From Mytilus trossulus (Eukaryota): a stretch of DNA of 64,000 nt. The DNA is taken from assembly GCF_036588685.1 (NCBI RefSeq), contig NC_086382.1:32736001-32800000 (forward strand). The letters run 5' to 3'. The position numbers were made by a program, and so were the translations under genes. Within the stretch, counting starts at the first letter, position 1. Each line of letters opens with the position of its first letter. This document shows positions 1 to 12,175 of this stretch, piece by piece. The notes beneath the pieces are model-generated. The model did not search any database and was not told where the DNA came from. It worked only from the letters and a program-made list of their open reading frames with translations.

Positions 1-335
1 CTGGTTAGAGGTATAGGGGGAGGGTTGAGATCTCACAAACATGTTTAACCCCGCCGCATTTTTGCGCCTGTCCCAAGTCAGGAGCCTCTGGCCTTTGTTA
101 GTCTTGTATTATTTAAATTTTAGTTTCTTGTGTACAATTTGGAAATTAGTATGGCGTTCATTATCACTGAACTAGTATATATTTGTTTAGGGGCCAGCTG
201 AAGGACGCCTCCGGGTGCGGGAATTTCTCGCTACATTGAAGACCTGTTGGTGACCTTCTGCTGTTGTGTTTTTTTTTTTATTTTGGTCGGGTTGTTGTCT
301 CTTTGACACATTCCCCATTTCCATTCTCAATTTTA
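1..335 (+). repeat. Naiad pseudo-LTR (upstream copy, truncated by window start)
   Basis: Near-identical to 4020-4354; ends in ...ccattctcaatttta. Confidence 0.92.
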
Positions 336-701
336 TTTTTTACAGAGTTTGTCTTTAGTGCCGTGTGGAGGCAGTAGAGTGCCTCCCCGTGCTTCAGGTT
401 TATGCTCTTATAATATACTAGATTATGGAGTGTGTGTCCGAGCGAGAACTGCTCTAGTTCATTACTTTAGGAATGTTTATCAAAAAGTAGTATTTCAATA
501 TTCAGCCCCATTCTACTAATTGGTCAGCCATCAGTCATACCCTGATATACACTATCTTTTTCGGGTAATTAATACTGATAGCGTTCGACATTTTCAGCTA
601 ACAAATTTATCACTTTTACTTAACTTAATTATTGTATGCTGGTTCATATTCTGGACGCCAATCTTTGCTCCTTTATTATGTAATTCACTAACAAAACAAT
701 T

Positions 702-3700
702 ATGAAACTAAGAAACGGAAAAATACTAAATACTAAACTTGTTCAAAGGGTATCTACACGTCTCAATTTTCAAAATCGGTTATCTAAAAATACTACCATC
801 GCTAACATTTTTAACAATAAAAATCGTGGTTACCCTTCTATCGATAAGTGTCATGCCAAAAAATGACTTACATGTCCCCGTCTTTCCACCAACAATACGG
901 TAAGGTCCACGTTTAATGGTCGCACATTTTCTTTAAATTTTGAAACTGATATTACTTGAAAAACAAACAGTATTATTTATTTACTCACATGAAACAAACC
1001 GGGATGTGGTATTCAGTACGTAGGAGAAACTGGAAGATATTTATCAAAACGCACTCAAGAACATCTGTATCGTTTTAAAAGACCTAATAAATTCAAAAGT
1101 ATCATTTACCAACACCTTAAGAAGCACAACCATCCTTTTAAATATTAAGCAGTTCAACCTTTAGAAGTAGTAAATAAGCAGCCTGGTGAATCGCATTCAA
1201 AGTTTGTACGATCACGGAAAATAATTGAATTAAATTGGATTAAAAAATTACAGACAGTTTACCCTCTCGGTCTAAATGATAATATCATGGGAACTGGTAA
1301 TATATCTAGAACCAATTCCGTTAACATTTTGGATATTGTTTCTAAAACTGTTCGTAAAAACCGTTCTCACGGTTGTAGAACAAATCGCAATCAAAGAAAA
1401 TTTCGGGCCAATCATACCAATATTTCGGACTTAATTTCTATTTCAAAAAACAACGGCAGACATTATCTGTTAACAAAACTCTGTTCGTTACCGGTTAATA
1501 AGTTAAATAAAATTTTGGAGGATTGCAACACAATTTCATATAGCAGTCCTAAGTATGAAATTGTTCAAATTATTATGGCATATTGTTATTCTAAATTATT
1601 TCCCAAAATTGATCGCCCTGAAGATCATAAAAAACATTTTATTAAAATTAAGTATGTCAATAAAGGCTTTGATTTTGTAAATATTGCCGGTATATTTAAC
1701 GACCATTCTGTTAAAGAACAAATTCCTGGATATTTTGACAATACTGAGCTACCTCTTATTTGTTATATTTACAAGAAATCTACCCGGAAATTTGTGTTTA
1801 ATTATAGTCAATTGTGTAAAGATGTTAATATCAGTGAAAATACACCTACTTCATGTAATTGCAGTAATTCCGAATATATTTATGGACCCATTTCCCATGT
1901 TATAACAGGAGATCTTAACATCGTTCAAGACCGAGAGTTAAAATCATTTCTCAGTAAAGGACCTAAATATCGTCCCCCGTCAATTATTAATTGGAATGAG
2001 TGTCGTAATATCATCCACGACTCACTCCATACTTACTGTATGAAATGGATAAAACGGGAAAAAGCTGACAAAAAATCTTTGGACTCTTTTTTTAATTCAG
2101 TAATGAAGATAGTTGATATACGTATTCAACATTTTAAAGAACATTTTACTATTAACAATAACCACAATAAACCTATTTCTCGTATCAAACATAAACTAAA
2201 AGAACTAGCCAAGGAATTTGTTTTTGTCCCGGCCGATAAAGCTGCTAATAATATTATTATTGTTTGACGTAAATTTTACATCGAGGTTCTGAAAAAGGAA
2301 ATCACCAATTCACCAACATTCCAACTGACTCCATTTTCAGAAAACGAAATCTGTAACAAACATAAACTTTTAGCCACCGCTTTACAAGCAGAGCCAAATA
2401 CAATGAAAGTTCCAATTATGTATTGGCTTCCGAAGCTACACAAAACCCCTTACAAATATAGATTTATTTCGTCTTCAAGCCATTGTTCAACTACTAAATT
2501 GTCTATTATTCTTACCAGCACACTTGGTACAATTAAAAACCTTATAATAAATTGTTCAAATAAGGCCTTCGAAAATAGTGGAATAAATTACTTTTGGAGT
2601 GTCAAGAACTCGTTGGAAGTACTTGATAAATTGCATGCTTATATTGGTGATTTTGAATCTGTTCAAAGTTTTGATTTTTCTACCCTGTATACCACATTGC
2701 CTCACATTCTCATTAAGAAAAAATTCACACACCTAATTAAATGGGCATTCAAAAAATCAGAATGTGAATATATATGTTCAAACTCTTTTAGGTCATTTTT
2801 TAGTAGCAATAAACAAAAAAACTATGTTAATTGGACATGCTTTGATACTATATATGCCCTTGAATTTTTACTAGATAACATTTTTGTTCGCTTTGGGGAT
2901 TCCGTATATCGTCAGATTATCGGAATTCCAATGGGGACTAACTGTGCACCACTTATTGCGGACCTCTTTTTGTATTGTTACGAGTTACAATTTATGACAA
3001 AAATAAGCAAAGACCCATCAAAACAACATCTGATAAACAAATTTAATAATACTTTTAGATATTTGGATGATATTTTGGCTCTCAATAATGACGACTTTAG
3101 TATGTGTATTAATGAAATTTATCCTGGTGAACTCACTTTAAATAAAGCTAATACTAACAATGACCACTGCCCTTTCCTCGATCTTGATATCTATATCACT
3201 AACGGAAAGCTGAATACTAAAATTTATGATAAAAGGGATGATTTTTCATTTCCTATCGTTAATTATCCGTTTTTAGATGGTGACGTTCCCTTGTCACCAT
3301 CTTACGGTGTTTATATATCTCAACTTGTACGATTCGCTCGTGTATGTAACAATGTTTTAGATTTTAACGAGAGAAATTTATGTATTACTGAAAAATTATT
3401 ACCCAGGGTTTTCGATATCACAAACTAGTCAAAACATTTACTAAATTTTATCATCGGTATAAAGACATCATTCGTAAATATAGCTCAACATGCAGACTTT
3501 TTATACGTTCAGGTATTTCACATCCAATTTTTTATGGAAATATTCTTTATAAAGCACAAAGGTGTCAGTATTCACCTCATAAACTTACAAAACCTTTGAA
3601 TAGACTTATTAAGAAGGGATATAATTACGATACTGTTGTCAAGTCATTAAAGATTGCATATTTTGGCGTTAATATTGAGTCACTGATAAGGTCTTTGCGT

Positions 3701-3709
3701 CGGAACTAA
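702..3709 (+). pseudogene. Naiad EN-RT polyprotein ORF (~1000 codons), predicted selenoprotein; disrupted in this copy
   Basis: ATG 702, ORF 1287-2267 and ORF 2403-3428 are all in the same frame. In-frame TGAs at 864, 957, 990 and 2265 fall at Cys-motif positions. Disruptions are a TAA at 1146-1148 and an inferred 1-bp deletion near 3402, after which the frame continues QGFRYHKLVKTF...SLRRN to TAA 3707-3709. The C-terminus matches the second copy's ORF at 40702-40920. Confidence 0.88.
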
Positions 3710-3760
3710 ACACATTTATTCTAAAAACAGTTGTTGGCATGACACGGGTTATGTTCTTCT

Positions 3761-3828
3761 CATATATGTTATGATGGTATGATACTAAACCCCTTACGGG
3801 AAGGATTGTGCCTGATGTTCATATGATG
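3761..3828 (+). promoter_or_regulatory. SECIS element (type II-like) in the Naiad 3' UTR
   Basis: AUGAU (3771-3775) and UGAU (3813-3816) form the non-Watson-Crick core. Helix II is GGUAUGAU/AUUGUGCC. Unpaired AAA at 3787-3789 starts after an 11-nt spacer from the core. Apical mini-stem CCC/GGG. Helix I is CAUAUAUG/CAUAUG(A)UG. Confidence 0.85.
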
Positions 3829-4019
3829 AAATCATAATCTTTCAGTCAGTTTAATTGAAGTCTGGAGCTGGCATGTCAGTTAACTGCTAGTAGTCTGTTG
3901 TTATTTATGTATTATTGTCATTTTGTTTATTTTCTTTGGTTACATCTTCTGACATCAGACTCGGACTTCTCTTGAACTGAATTTTAATGTGCGTATTGTT
4001 ATGCTTTTACTTTTCTACA

Positions 4020-4354
4020 CTGGTTAGAGGTATAGGGGGAGGGTTGAGATCTCACAAACATGTTTAACCCCGCCGCATTTTTGCGCCTGTCCCAAGTCAG
4101 GAGCCTCTGGCCTTTGTTAGTCTTGTATTATTAAAATTTTAGTTTCTTGTGTACAATTTGGAAATTAGTATGGCGTTCATTATCACTGAACTAGTATATA
4201 TTTGTTTAGGGGCCAGCTGAAGGACGCCTCCGGGTGCGGGAATTTCTCGCTACATTGAAGACCTGTTGGTGACCTTCTGCTGTTGTGTTTTTTTTTTTAT
4301 TTTGGTCGGGTTGTTGTCTCTTTGACACATTCCCCATTTCCATTCTCAATTTTA
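4020..4354 (+). repeat. Naiad pseudo-LTR / 3' end (downstream copy)
   Basis: Near-identical to 1-335 and to the reverse complement of 40064-40390. Confidence 0.92.
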
Positions 4355-5045
4355 CTATTATAAACAAAGAAAATATAATAATGTTACAAAATAATTAGGT
4401 ACCAGCGTTTGCTATTGAGTATTTAGATTCCATTTAAAATTAGTTTGAAGTTAAGTGAAATAAGGGATACGCCTTTCATTAGGAAAATGTGTATTATCAT
4501 AATTAACTATGTCCAAAAGTGCCTGTTTAAAATAGATTTTAACACGCCAAGAAGTTTACCTTACAATAAATATATATTTAAATTCTAGAAATACAATGTT
4601 CAGATCCGTGCCAAAGTTGCTTTTCATAAATTGTTTGTTAAAAAAAAAAACCAAACCGGGTGATATATATAGACGAAACCGGGTGATTGTTTAGTAACAA
4701 CATTGACGAAACCGGTTTATTTTGATTTGACATAACCCTTTTCTTTCGTTCCATACACAGAGATACAATTAATGAGATGCTCATAATAACTTAATTTGCA
4801 ATCTCCGTGTCAATATCTATCTTCCCGTACCTTTCTTTCCGTACAATGTGAACAATTTAACGAGAAATTAAACAATTTCGAGGCAAGTTTCACTCAATTC
4901 GTCTTTTTGACATGCATTTTGACTTATTTCTCCGTTAATAGAGAACGGTTGTAGAAAATATTGCATCTCCCAATAGAAAATAGTTGTATATGTATATATA
5001 TTCTTCGATATCATAAAAAGAATAAAAAAATAAGGAGAAACCTAC

Positions 5046-5096
5046 CTTTCTTTTGTCTATTGGTGTTCCGTCATTGTGCCGGATGTTAGATAGCAT
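5046..5096 (-). other. Possible short first coding exon of an unidentified neighbouring gene (MLSNIRHNDGTPIDKRK|GTAGGT)
   Basis: ATG, 17 open codons, then a good 5' splice site, in a locally GC-richer patch. No homology recognised and no partner exon found. Confidence 0.2.
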
Positions 5097-5719
5097 CGAG
5101 TCCGAGCAAATTTTGCCGGTGTGGTTTAGACACAGTGTTAAGATGTGACGGTATTTGAAATGATATTAGTTATTTAAACCATCCGGCTTTATAAAGTAAT
5201 TATGCTCCAAAATGTTTTAATTCTGATCATGGAATTCTTGCCAACAAAACTGAGTAAATTTATTTTCTATCGTACTGATATTTGTTTTAACTACAACTTT
5301 AACTACAAACAATTAATACACTTCACTTCGTTCAAAAGAAAGCAAACAATGATACAACTATGGAGGTTAAACAACATCAACGTCTGGCTGTATCTTATTT
5401 AATGCGTTGCAAAGTAAATTCATTCTCAACGAATTTTCAAACGTCCAAATCGGAATAGCAAAATGTTATAATAAAACAGCATTCTGCATAAAAAAAAACT
5501 TGCTTTATGATTGTTCAAACTTTATCATATACATAGTACACAAAAATATCATAAAAGCGTCAACTTTGTCTTTCTTTTATTTTTTTTTTGTATCCCAGTG
5601 ACAAGGAGAATTACACTGTTTAACAAAATACAACGGAGTTATTCAACTTTTTTCGACGAATATCACTTTTATCTATCAAATAAAACTGACGAGCTATGGA
5701 ATAAAGCACATTTAATTTT

Positions 5720-6230
5720 CATCTCCTCTCAATCACTCACTCATACTCAGTCGCTCACACCGTCACACCTTCCCACTCACACCCGCTCCTTCACTTACAC
5801 AGTCGCTCACACCGGCTCACCTTCTCACTCGCACCCTGTCACTAAAACAGTCGCTCACACCGACTCACATTCTCACTCTACACCCTGTCATTCAAACAGT
5901 CGCTCATACACCATCGCACTCTCACTCACACCCTGTCACTCACTCGCTCACACACTCTCTCCTCACTCTCACTCACACCATATCGCACTCTCACTCTCTC
6001 TCTCTCTTTCTCTCTCTCTCTCGCTCACTCACATGCACCCTCTCGCTCACTCACACCCTTTCACTCTCTCATCCGCTCACACTTCAGTCACTCACAGTTC
6101 AGTCACACACACTCACACACCCTCTCACACCGTCACACCTGCTTACATCTTGTCGCTCACACCTGTTCACCCACTCACTCGCTGGCGCACGCAAACTCAC
6201 TCGCACACACCTTTCACTAGCTCACACGTA
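5720..6230. repeat. Degenerate (TCAC/CA/CT)n low-complexity microsatellite tract
   Basis: Runs of ctcactcacac and (ct)n. These explain the His/Ser/Thr-rich ORF 5511-6293. Confidence 0.9.
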
Positions 6231-8723
6231 CTTACAATATATCCTCTCCCTCGCGAAAATTCATCCGTCATCCTTCCCAGTGAATTATATTAACTTTCAC
6301 GGTTACACAGTCCGTGTGTCATACAAGACAATTCAAATGGCTGTAGCAGTACATTGGTTCAACTTTTTCAGGGCTGTGCTTGTCACAGTCCATCAGGTTG
6401 AACTCGTCTCTGTCTACGTTTGCCATTATCTGGGAAGGTTCGGCACCCATACCTTCAGTTAGACTTCATTAGGTATGAGTACAATATGTTATGAAAACAA
6501 GTTTTCATTTTATTGCATTATAAATTACATTGAGATGCGGTTTTCCAACATTTTATGTTTTGCAATTATATTTGTTATGAAGAACCAACTTTATATTTTT
6601 CCAGTTGCATTGGATTTGTTTAATATTTTTATTCCTTTGATTATTAAGTTATTTATAAAATTACTCATATTTGTTTATCCTTAAAAAAATATTTAACGCG
6701 ATGAAATAATGGGTGCTAACTGTGTTGATCCTGTATATTTCGTATGTATGAACTCATATAAATTCAGTTCACTTGTAATCCGTGAAGTGTCAAAATATTA
6801 ATTGTGATTGAAAAATAACGATTTTTTATACTGAATTAAAGGAGATTATTTCAAGAAAAAATAGACGGAAAATACGTTCTCAAATGAAAGTGACTAGGAT
6901 GCCGAATTTGAATATTCCAATAACTCACCAATAAGCTAGAAAGTATTAACGGTCAAAAAAGTATCATAAATCAAAAACGATTTGTTTTTTTTACCATGTT
7001 TTTTTTTTTATCCAACTACCATTCAAATTTTACTCCCTATAGATATAAGGATTTTAAATAATTAATCGTAAATGAAATAAAATAAACACTTTATAAAAAT
7101 CCAAGGTTATTTACTGGATTAATTCATTATTTAACGCTGACGCAAACATACCAACTATATTTGATAGCCAGGGATGACTAAGTACGTTTCAACATCGGGG
7201 GCTATTTCACCAAACGGACCTAAACAGAAAAAAACAACAAATTCATCTAAGATCAACTCTGTCTTACGGAGTTAGAACCTCTTTTTTTTTTTTTTAAAGA
7301 TTTCTTAAGAGCCAGTCTGTGATAAAACCATGCAAAATGGTCCAAATCCAAAATATTCCAATCAGACTGATATTTTGTATTTTAGATACCTTATATGTAA
7401 TAACTATTTGTGCAAAATATTTTGAAAAAATATTCAGCCATTATTTGTGTATGCCGAACATTCGAAAATTGTCCATTTCTGTACTGACAAATGGCCATTT
7501 TAAGCCTATTTTAGGGTATTTTGACCTGATTTTTTTTTGTTTTATAGAAAAAATTTAGCTTAATGATAACAAATATCTTAACAAACAACTTGAAATGAAA
7601 GGAAATTATGATAATTTAAAAAGTTGTGAGATTTCTCAATACCCCTTCTGACAGGTTGAAATTGCATGGTTTTGAAAAAGTGCCGATTCAGCAAAATTTG
7701 TATATTTTTAAAGGCTTGAATCTTGTAAGATCATGTTTTATTTTCAATAAAATGTAATATTTCATGAAGCTTATATATTAATCTACAAAATGCTAGAAAA
7801 TGGTGCCCTGCAAATGATACCTTATTACGATAAAATAACAATTAAAGATAGCCGTGATGGCCATTTTGCCGATTTTTTTGATTTTTTTATCTGTTTCAAT
7901 AGAAACTTTTCAAAAGTATGTGATAGTCAAAATATAAGAAAAATAATGACTGAACTAATGTTAACTGGTTATATTAATTGAATAAACCAAGTTCAACTAA
8001 GTTTAAATTAGAAAATATTCTTAAGGAGTAAACCCGGGGAGACCGCTTTTTTTGCATTTTTTGCACCTAAACTGAGCATTTTTAAAATATGTTTAAAATA
8101 TTAATCTATTCCAAAGAAAATAACTTTAGTAACTTAAAAATTGGCTGTTTTATTTACAATAATATGCACACTCATCAGGTAATATCACCATGAGTTCTTC
8201 ACAAATTTAGCATTTTATAATAGTCTAGTTTTTAGACGCTTTTTGTCTAAATTCAAAGTGGCCACAATTGAGTTCAGTCTTAAATTTTTAAAACATGTTG
8301 TATTTGATAATGATTCATAAATGTGAAAGCCTTGTACATTCATGTAATCTATTTCCAGAAAAGAGGAAGCTTTAATAGTTTTGTGAATTTCATAGAATTG
8401 TGCCTCTTACCTAGAAAAGGGCTATATTTTCTATATTATGATACAGCTTTAAGCCAAATATAAAGAGACTACTCCTAGAAGATCCTGATAAAACTGCAAC
8501 TGAAATTTTGTGACGCTGACATGAACCAGTTAGTTATCCCTATGTCAATTTTGGGAGAACAGTGGATATAACAGTAATGTTAAGTTTCCTCCTAGAATGT
8601 AATGTCTTGCAATTTGAGGCTTGGGAATAAGACATGTAAAATATAGTTGGCCTATTACTACCAGCTGAGACAAACACAAATATTTCAAATTGCAATAAAA
8701 TGTATGTCATAACCACATGTAAT

Positions 8724-9663
8724 AACCAGATACTCCGCAGGGCCAGCTTTATACGACCGCAGAGATTGAACCCTGAACATTTGGGGCAAGTATGGACAGA
8801 ACATTTAAGCTTGATATAGCTCTGAATTTGGATTGGGATTAAATAGTTGACACAACACAATGAGTGTGGTCTTAGAACTTAAACTTAGAAAATTAAAAAA
8901 AAAAATTTAACATTTATCTATTATGGTCCAATATCCAAAATCTAAATGCATGGTTATATTCAGGATATCAGAGAACCCCAAGAATTCAATTTTTTGATGT
9001 CAGAAATCAAATAATTTTCAATTTTAGACACTTAAGACCTCAATTTGGACCAATTTGATAACCGGTCCCAAATATTAAAACACGAAATACATGGTTAGAT
9101 TCAGCATATTGAAGAACCCCATACATTCAATTTTGTTGAAATCAAACAAAATTTAATTTTGGACCCCGATTTGGACCAACTTGAAAACTGGGCCCATAAT
9201 AAAAAGGGCCTTATAAAAAATCTTAGAACATTTTTAGATTCAGCATATCAAAAAACCCCAAGAATTAAATTTTTGTTAAAATCAAACTAAGTTTAATTTT
9301 GGACCCTTTGAACCTTGATGTAAACCAATTTGAAAACAGGACCAAAAATTAAGAATCTGAATTCACTGTTAGATTTGGCATATCAAAGAAACCCAATAAT
9401 TCATTTTTTATGAAAGCAAACAGTTTAGTTTTGGACCCTTTTTGGCCCCCATTTCTTAACTGTTGGGACCAAAACTCCCAAAATCAATCCAAACCTTTCT
9501 TTAATGGTCATAAACCTTGTATTTAAATTTCATAGATTTCTATTTACTTATACTACAGTTATAGTGCAAAAACCAAATGTCTTTGGATGACGACGGCGAT
9601 GACAACGACAACGTCATACCAATATAGGACCAATTTTTTTCAATTTTTGCGGTTGTATAAAAA
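8724..9663 (+). mobile_element. Non-autonomous Helentron/DINE-1-like (pearl-type) element with internal ~120-bp tandem repeats
   Basis: Subterminal inverted repeat TTTATACGACCGCA / TGCGGTTGTATAAA, a (GAC)n microsatellite near the 3' end, A-rich ends. Related sequence at 11350-11530 and 13590-13705 (reverse). Confidence 0.7.
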
Positions 9664-9716
9664 CAAATATACACAGATAAATGGTTAAACTATTGAGCAG
9701 ACATACAATTACCCTA

Positions 9717-10157
9717 CCACGTCCACTTGTATTTTTGTCCATCGGATGAGTTAAGCCATTTTCAACTGATTTTTATAGTTCGTTTTTATGATTTTCTGTT
9801 ATACCACTGTTCCTGGTTAGGGGGGTTGGATCCCGCTTACATGTTTAACCCCGCCACATTATTTATGTATGTGCCTGTCCCAAGTCAGGAGCCTGTAATT
9901 CAGTGGAAGTCGTTTGTTTATGTGTAACATATTTGTTTTTCGTTATTTTTTTATATACTTAAGGCCGTTAGTTTTCTCATTTGAATTGTTTTACATTGTC
10001 TTATCGGGACCTTTTATAGCTGACTTTGCGGTATGGGCTTTCCTCATTGTTGAAGGCCGTACAGTTACCTATAGTTGTTAATGTCTGTGTCATTTTGGTC
10101 TCTTAATTGAAGACAGTTGTTTCATTGGCAATCATACCACATCATCTTTTTTATATT
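9717..10157 (+). mobile_element. Dispersed non-coding repeat sharing a core and 3' end with the Naiad pseudo-LTR (putative non-autonomous PLE partner)
   Basis: Contains acatgtttaaccccgcc...gtgcctgtcccaagtcaggagcct and ends gttgtttcattggcaatcataccacatc. Other copies at 38772-39365 and 44287-44920 (reverse). Confidence 0.8.
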
Positions 10158-10383
10158 GTCATTAAAATAGTAAGATTTTACTGTTCATAAACATGTAATA
10201 TTATTGTGGTCTACCGTAAAGAAAAACGTGCAAAATGGTCTAAATACAAGTTTTTAGTCATGAATGAACATGATGAAGGTATTAGCAAAAAAGAGTAAAA
10301 GTATGATAGATCTAAACAAAGTTTCACATAATAAAGTCATCAATATTTTTTTTTTAACTAAATATTAAACATTTTTTGATAAA

Positions 10384-10939
10384 AACAAGCATTCTGCAAG
10401 TAAAACATGGCAATACATAGTCCCTAACCCGTTACAAATTCATTGTAATGGAACAAAAATTTGATCTATAATTTGTCATAATGTAAACTACATAAAAATA
10501 TCGAGACAAAATCTTCCAGCAAAACGTAAACACTTGTTGAATCTGACTATCTAAGTGAATTTCCTATGTCCAAAGACGAAAACTCTGCACACAAATATCA
10601 AACTAGAACAAAATTGAATCACTAAATACCAAAGAAAAGAAAAAACATTCAAAATGTCATTTTGTCTTTAAAAAATGATTTATTTCCGTTTGAACAGAAG
10701 TCTTCTAATGAATAAGTATTTCATTAAAAATTTAATTCTAGAGAAAGGGCTTCAACTGAACAAAGAGAAAAGCTTATAAAGCGTGAATAATGAATTTGAC
10801 CTGTAACTTGTCATGATAAATCAAATCAAAATCTACAAGCACAAAAATGTCTGATTTGCCGAACTGACAGATAGACAGACTGATAGACAGGCAGTGCAAA
10901 CCTAAGTCCACTTAGACGTTAGCCGTTAGGGGACTAAAA
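10384..10939 (+). mobile_element. Degenerate Helentron/DINE-1-like element
   Basis: Starts aacaag, has the agtcccta / ggggact subterminal inverted repeat, a (GACA)n microsatellite and a 3' hairpin before an A-run. Confidence 0.55.
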
Positions 10940-11349
10940 TCAAAATCTCAAAGTATCAACAAACACGAAAGAGATGCTCTTTGGAGAGGGAACATTCAAG
11001 ATAATTTTGGAAAAGCTTTCGATTTTTGAAGAAGTAGGCCAGGGTTACCTCAAATGTCTATTATCTTGATTTAATCTGAGATATAAATCAAAAACTTTTA
11101 TATGGCACATTATATATGCAAACATAATTTTTTTTCGTAGATAAAACAAAATGGCCACATTTTTTTTACATACACTATAAAAGACACAACTTTCTAATCA
11201 AGACACTCAATGAGTGATTGGCTCTATAATTGGTTGCATTCCAATCAAAAGTTTCAAAGAGGAAGATTTTTTTAAGTACAAATATGTTCACAACTCTGTT
11301 TCATATAACAAGCTTTTTAAAAGACTGTCATCAATTGAAAGTATGTGAA

Positions 11350-12175
11350 AACCAGGTGCTCCGCAGGGCGCAGCTTTATACAACCGCAGTGGTTGGACGC
11401 TGAACAGTTGGGGCAAATTAAATATGGTCACAATGTTCAAGCTTGATGCTGTCTGAATTTGGATTGTGATTGAATTTTTGGCAAAAAAAAAGGTTTGTGT
11501 TACAAAATAAATGTGGTCAAAGAAATCCCTTAATTTTTTTTAACAAATCCCCCCCGAAACTTATTGAAACCCCCCTTTCAGCAATAACCCTTAAAACAAT
11601 CCCATCCTTTCCTTTTTAGTATAGAACCTTGTAGTACAATTACAGAGAGATCTATATACATGTACTTAAACCCAAGTTATTGTTTGGAAACTAGAAATGA
11701 GCTTCTTTTCGGCCCTTTTTTGGCCCCTTATTCCTACATATTTTGGGCAATTAATCCAAAACTAAATCCAAGCCCCCCCCCCTTTGTTATATGGAGCATT
11801 GTGGTAGTTTGAATGAGATCCATACAATTACACACAAGTTATCGTCTTGAAATAAGAAAAATGCTTGTTTTGGGCCCCTTTTTGGCCCTTTATTCCTAAC
11901 TTTGATTCCATGACCCATTTAAAGGAATCCAAACCTTCAAATTGTGGTTTTAAACATTATGATACAATATCAGAGCAATTGAAATACTTATACACTTGTA
12001 AGTTATTATCCTTAAACTATAAAATGCTTGTTTTGGGCCCCTTTTGGGCCCTTAAATCCTAAACGGTAGAGACCATCATCCCCAAAATCATTCCAAAGCT
12101 TCCTTTTTGTGGTATTGAACCTTCTGAAAAAAATCATAAAGATCTATACACTTAAACTAAAGTTATTGTCCGAAA
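11350..12175 (+). mobile_element. Truncated Helentron/DINE-1-like element with degenerate internal tandem repeats
   Basis: 5' part resembles 8724-8870. Repeated ttttgggcccctttttggccc units. Confidence 0.6.

Larger units (their letters stand above)
1..4354 (+). mobile_element. Penelope-like retroelement, Naiad-type (N-terminal GIY-YIG endonuclease + RT), with direct pseudo-LTR repeats; the left repeat runs off the window edge
   Basis: 1-335 and 4020-4354 are near-identical direct repeats. One reading frame carries the GIY-YIG motifs (IIYLLT..YVGETG, E..WIKKLQTVYPLGLN), a CxC linker (SCNCS...H), then RT motifs (PKLHK, FDFSTLYT, GIPMGT, RYLDD). EN-before-RT order with a CxC linker is the described Naiad/Chlamys architecture. 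Confidence 0.93.

Noticed and set aside
360-460. Possible HDV-like ribozyme at the Naiad 5' end (GGAGGCA/TGCCTCC hairpin, CTCCCCGT loop-like motif)
   Set aside because: I could not build a consistent P1/P1.1/P2/P3 double pseudoknot by hand; only a simple hairpin is supported.
864-2267. Alternative genetic code (TGA=Trp) or organellar origin for the TGA-containing ORF
   Set aside because: The TGAs align with Cys motifs, Trp is encoded by TGG in the same ORF, and the neighbouring nuclear genes use TGA as stop.
1287-3428. Two separate genes, as the ORF track suggests (326 aa and 341 aa)
   Set aside because: They are in the same frame and separated only by one TGA at a Cys position; both are parts of one EN-RT ORF.
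5511-6293. 260-aa His/Ser/Thr-rich ORF
   Set aside because: It is the translation of a (TCAC/CA/CT)n low-complexity tract with a non-ATG start and no domain features.
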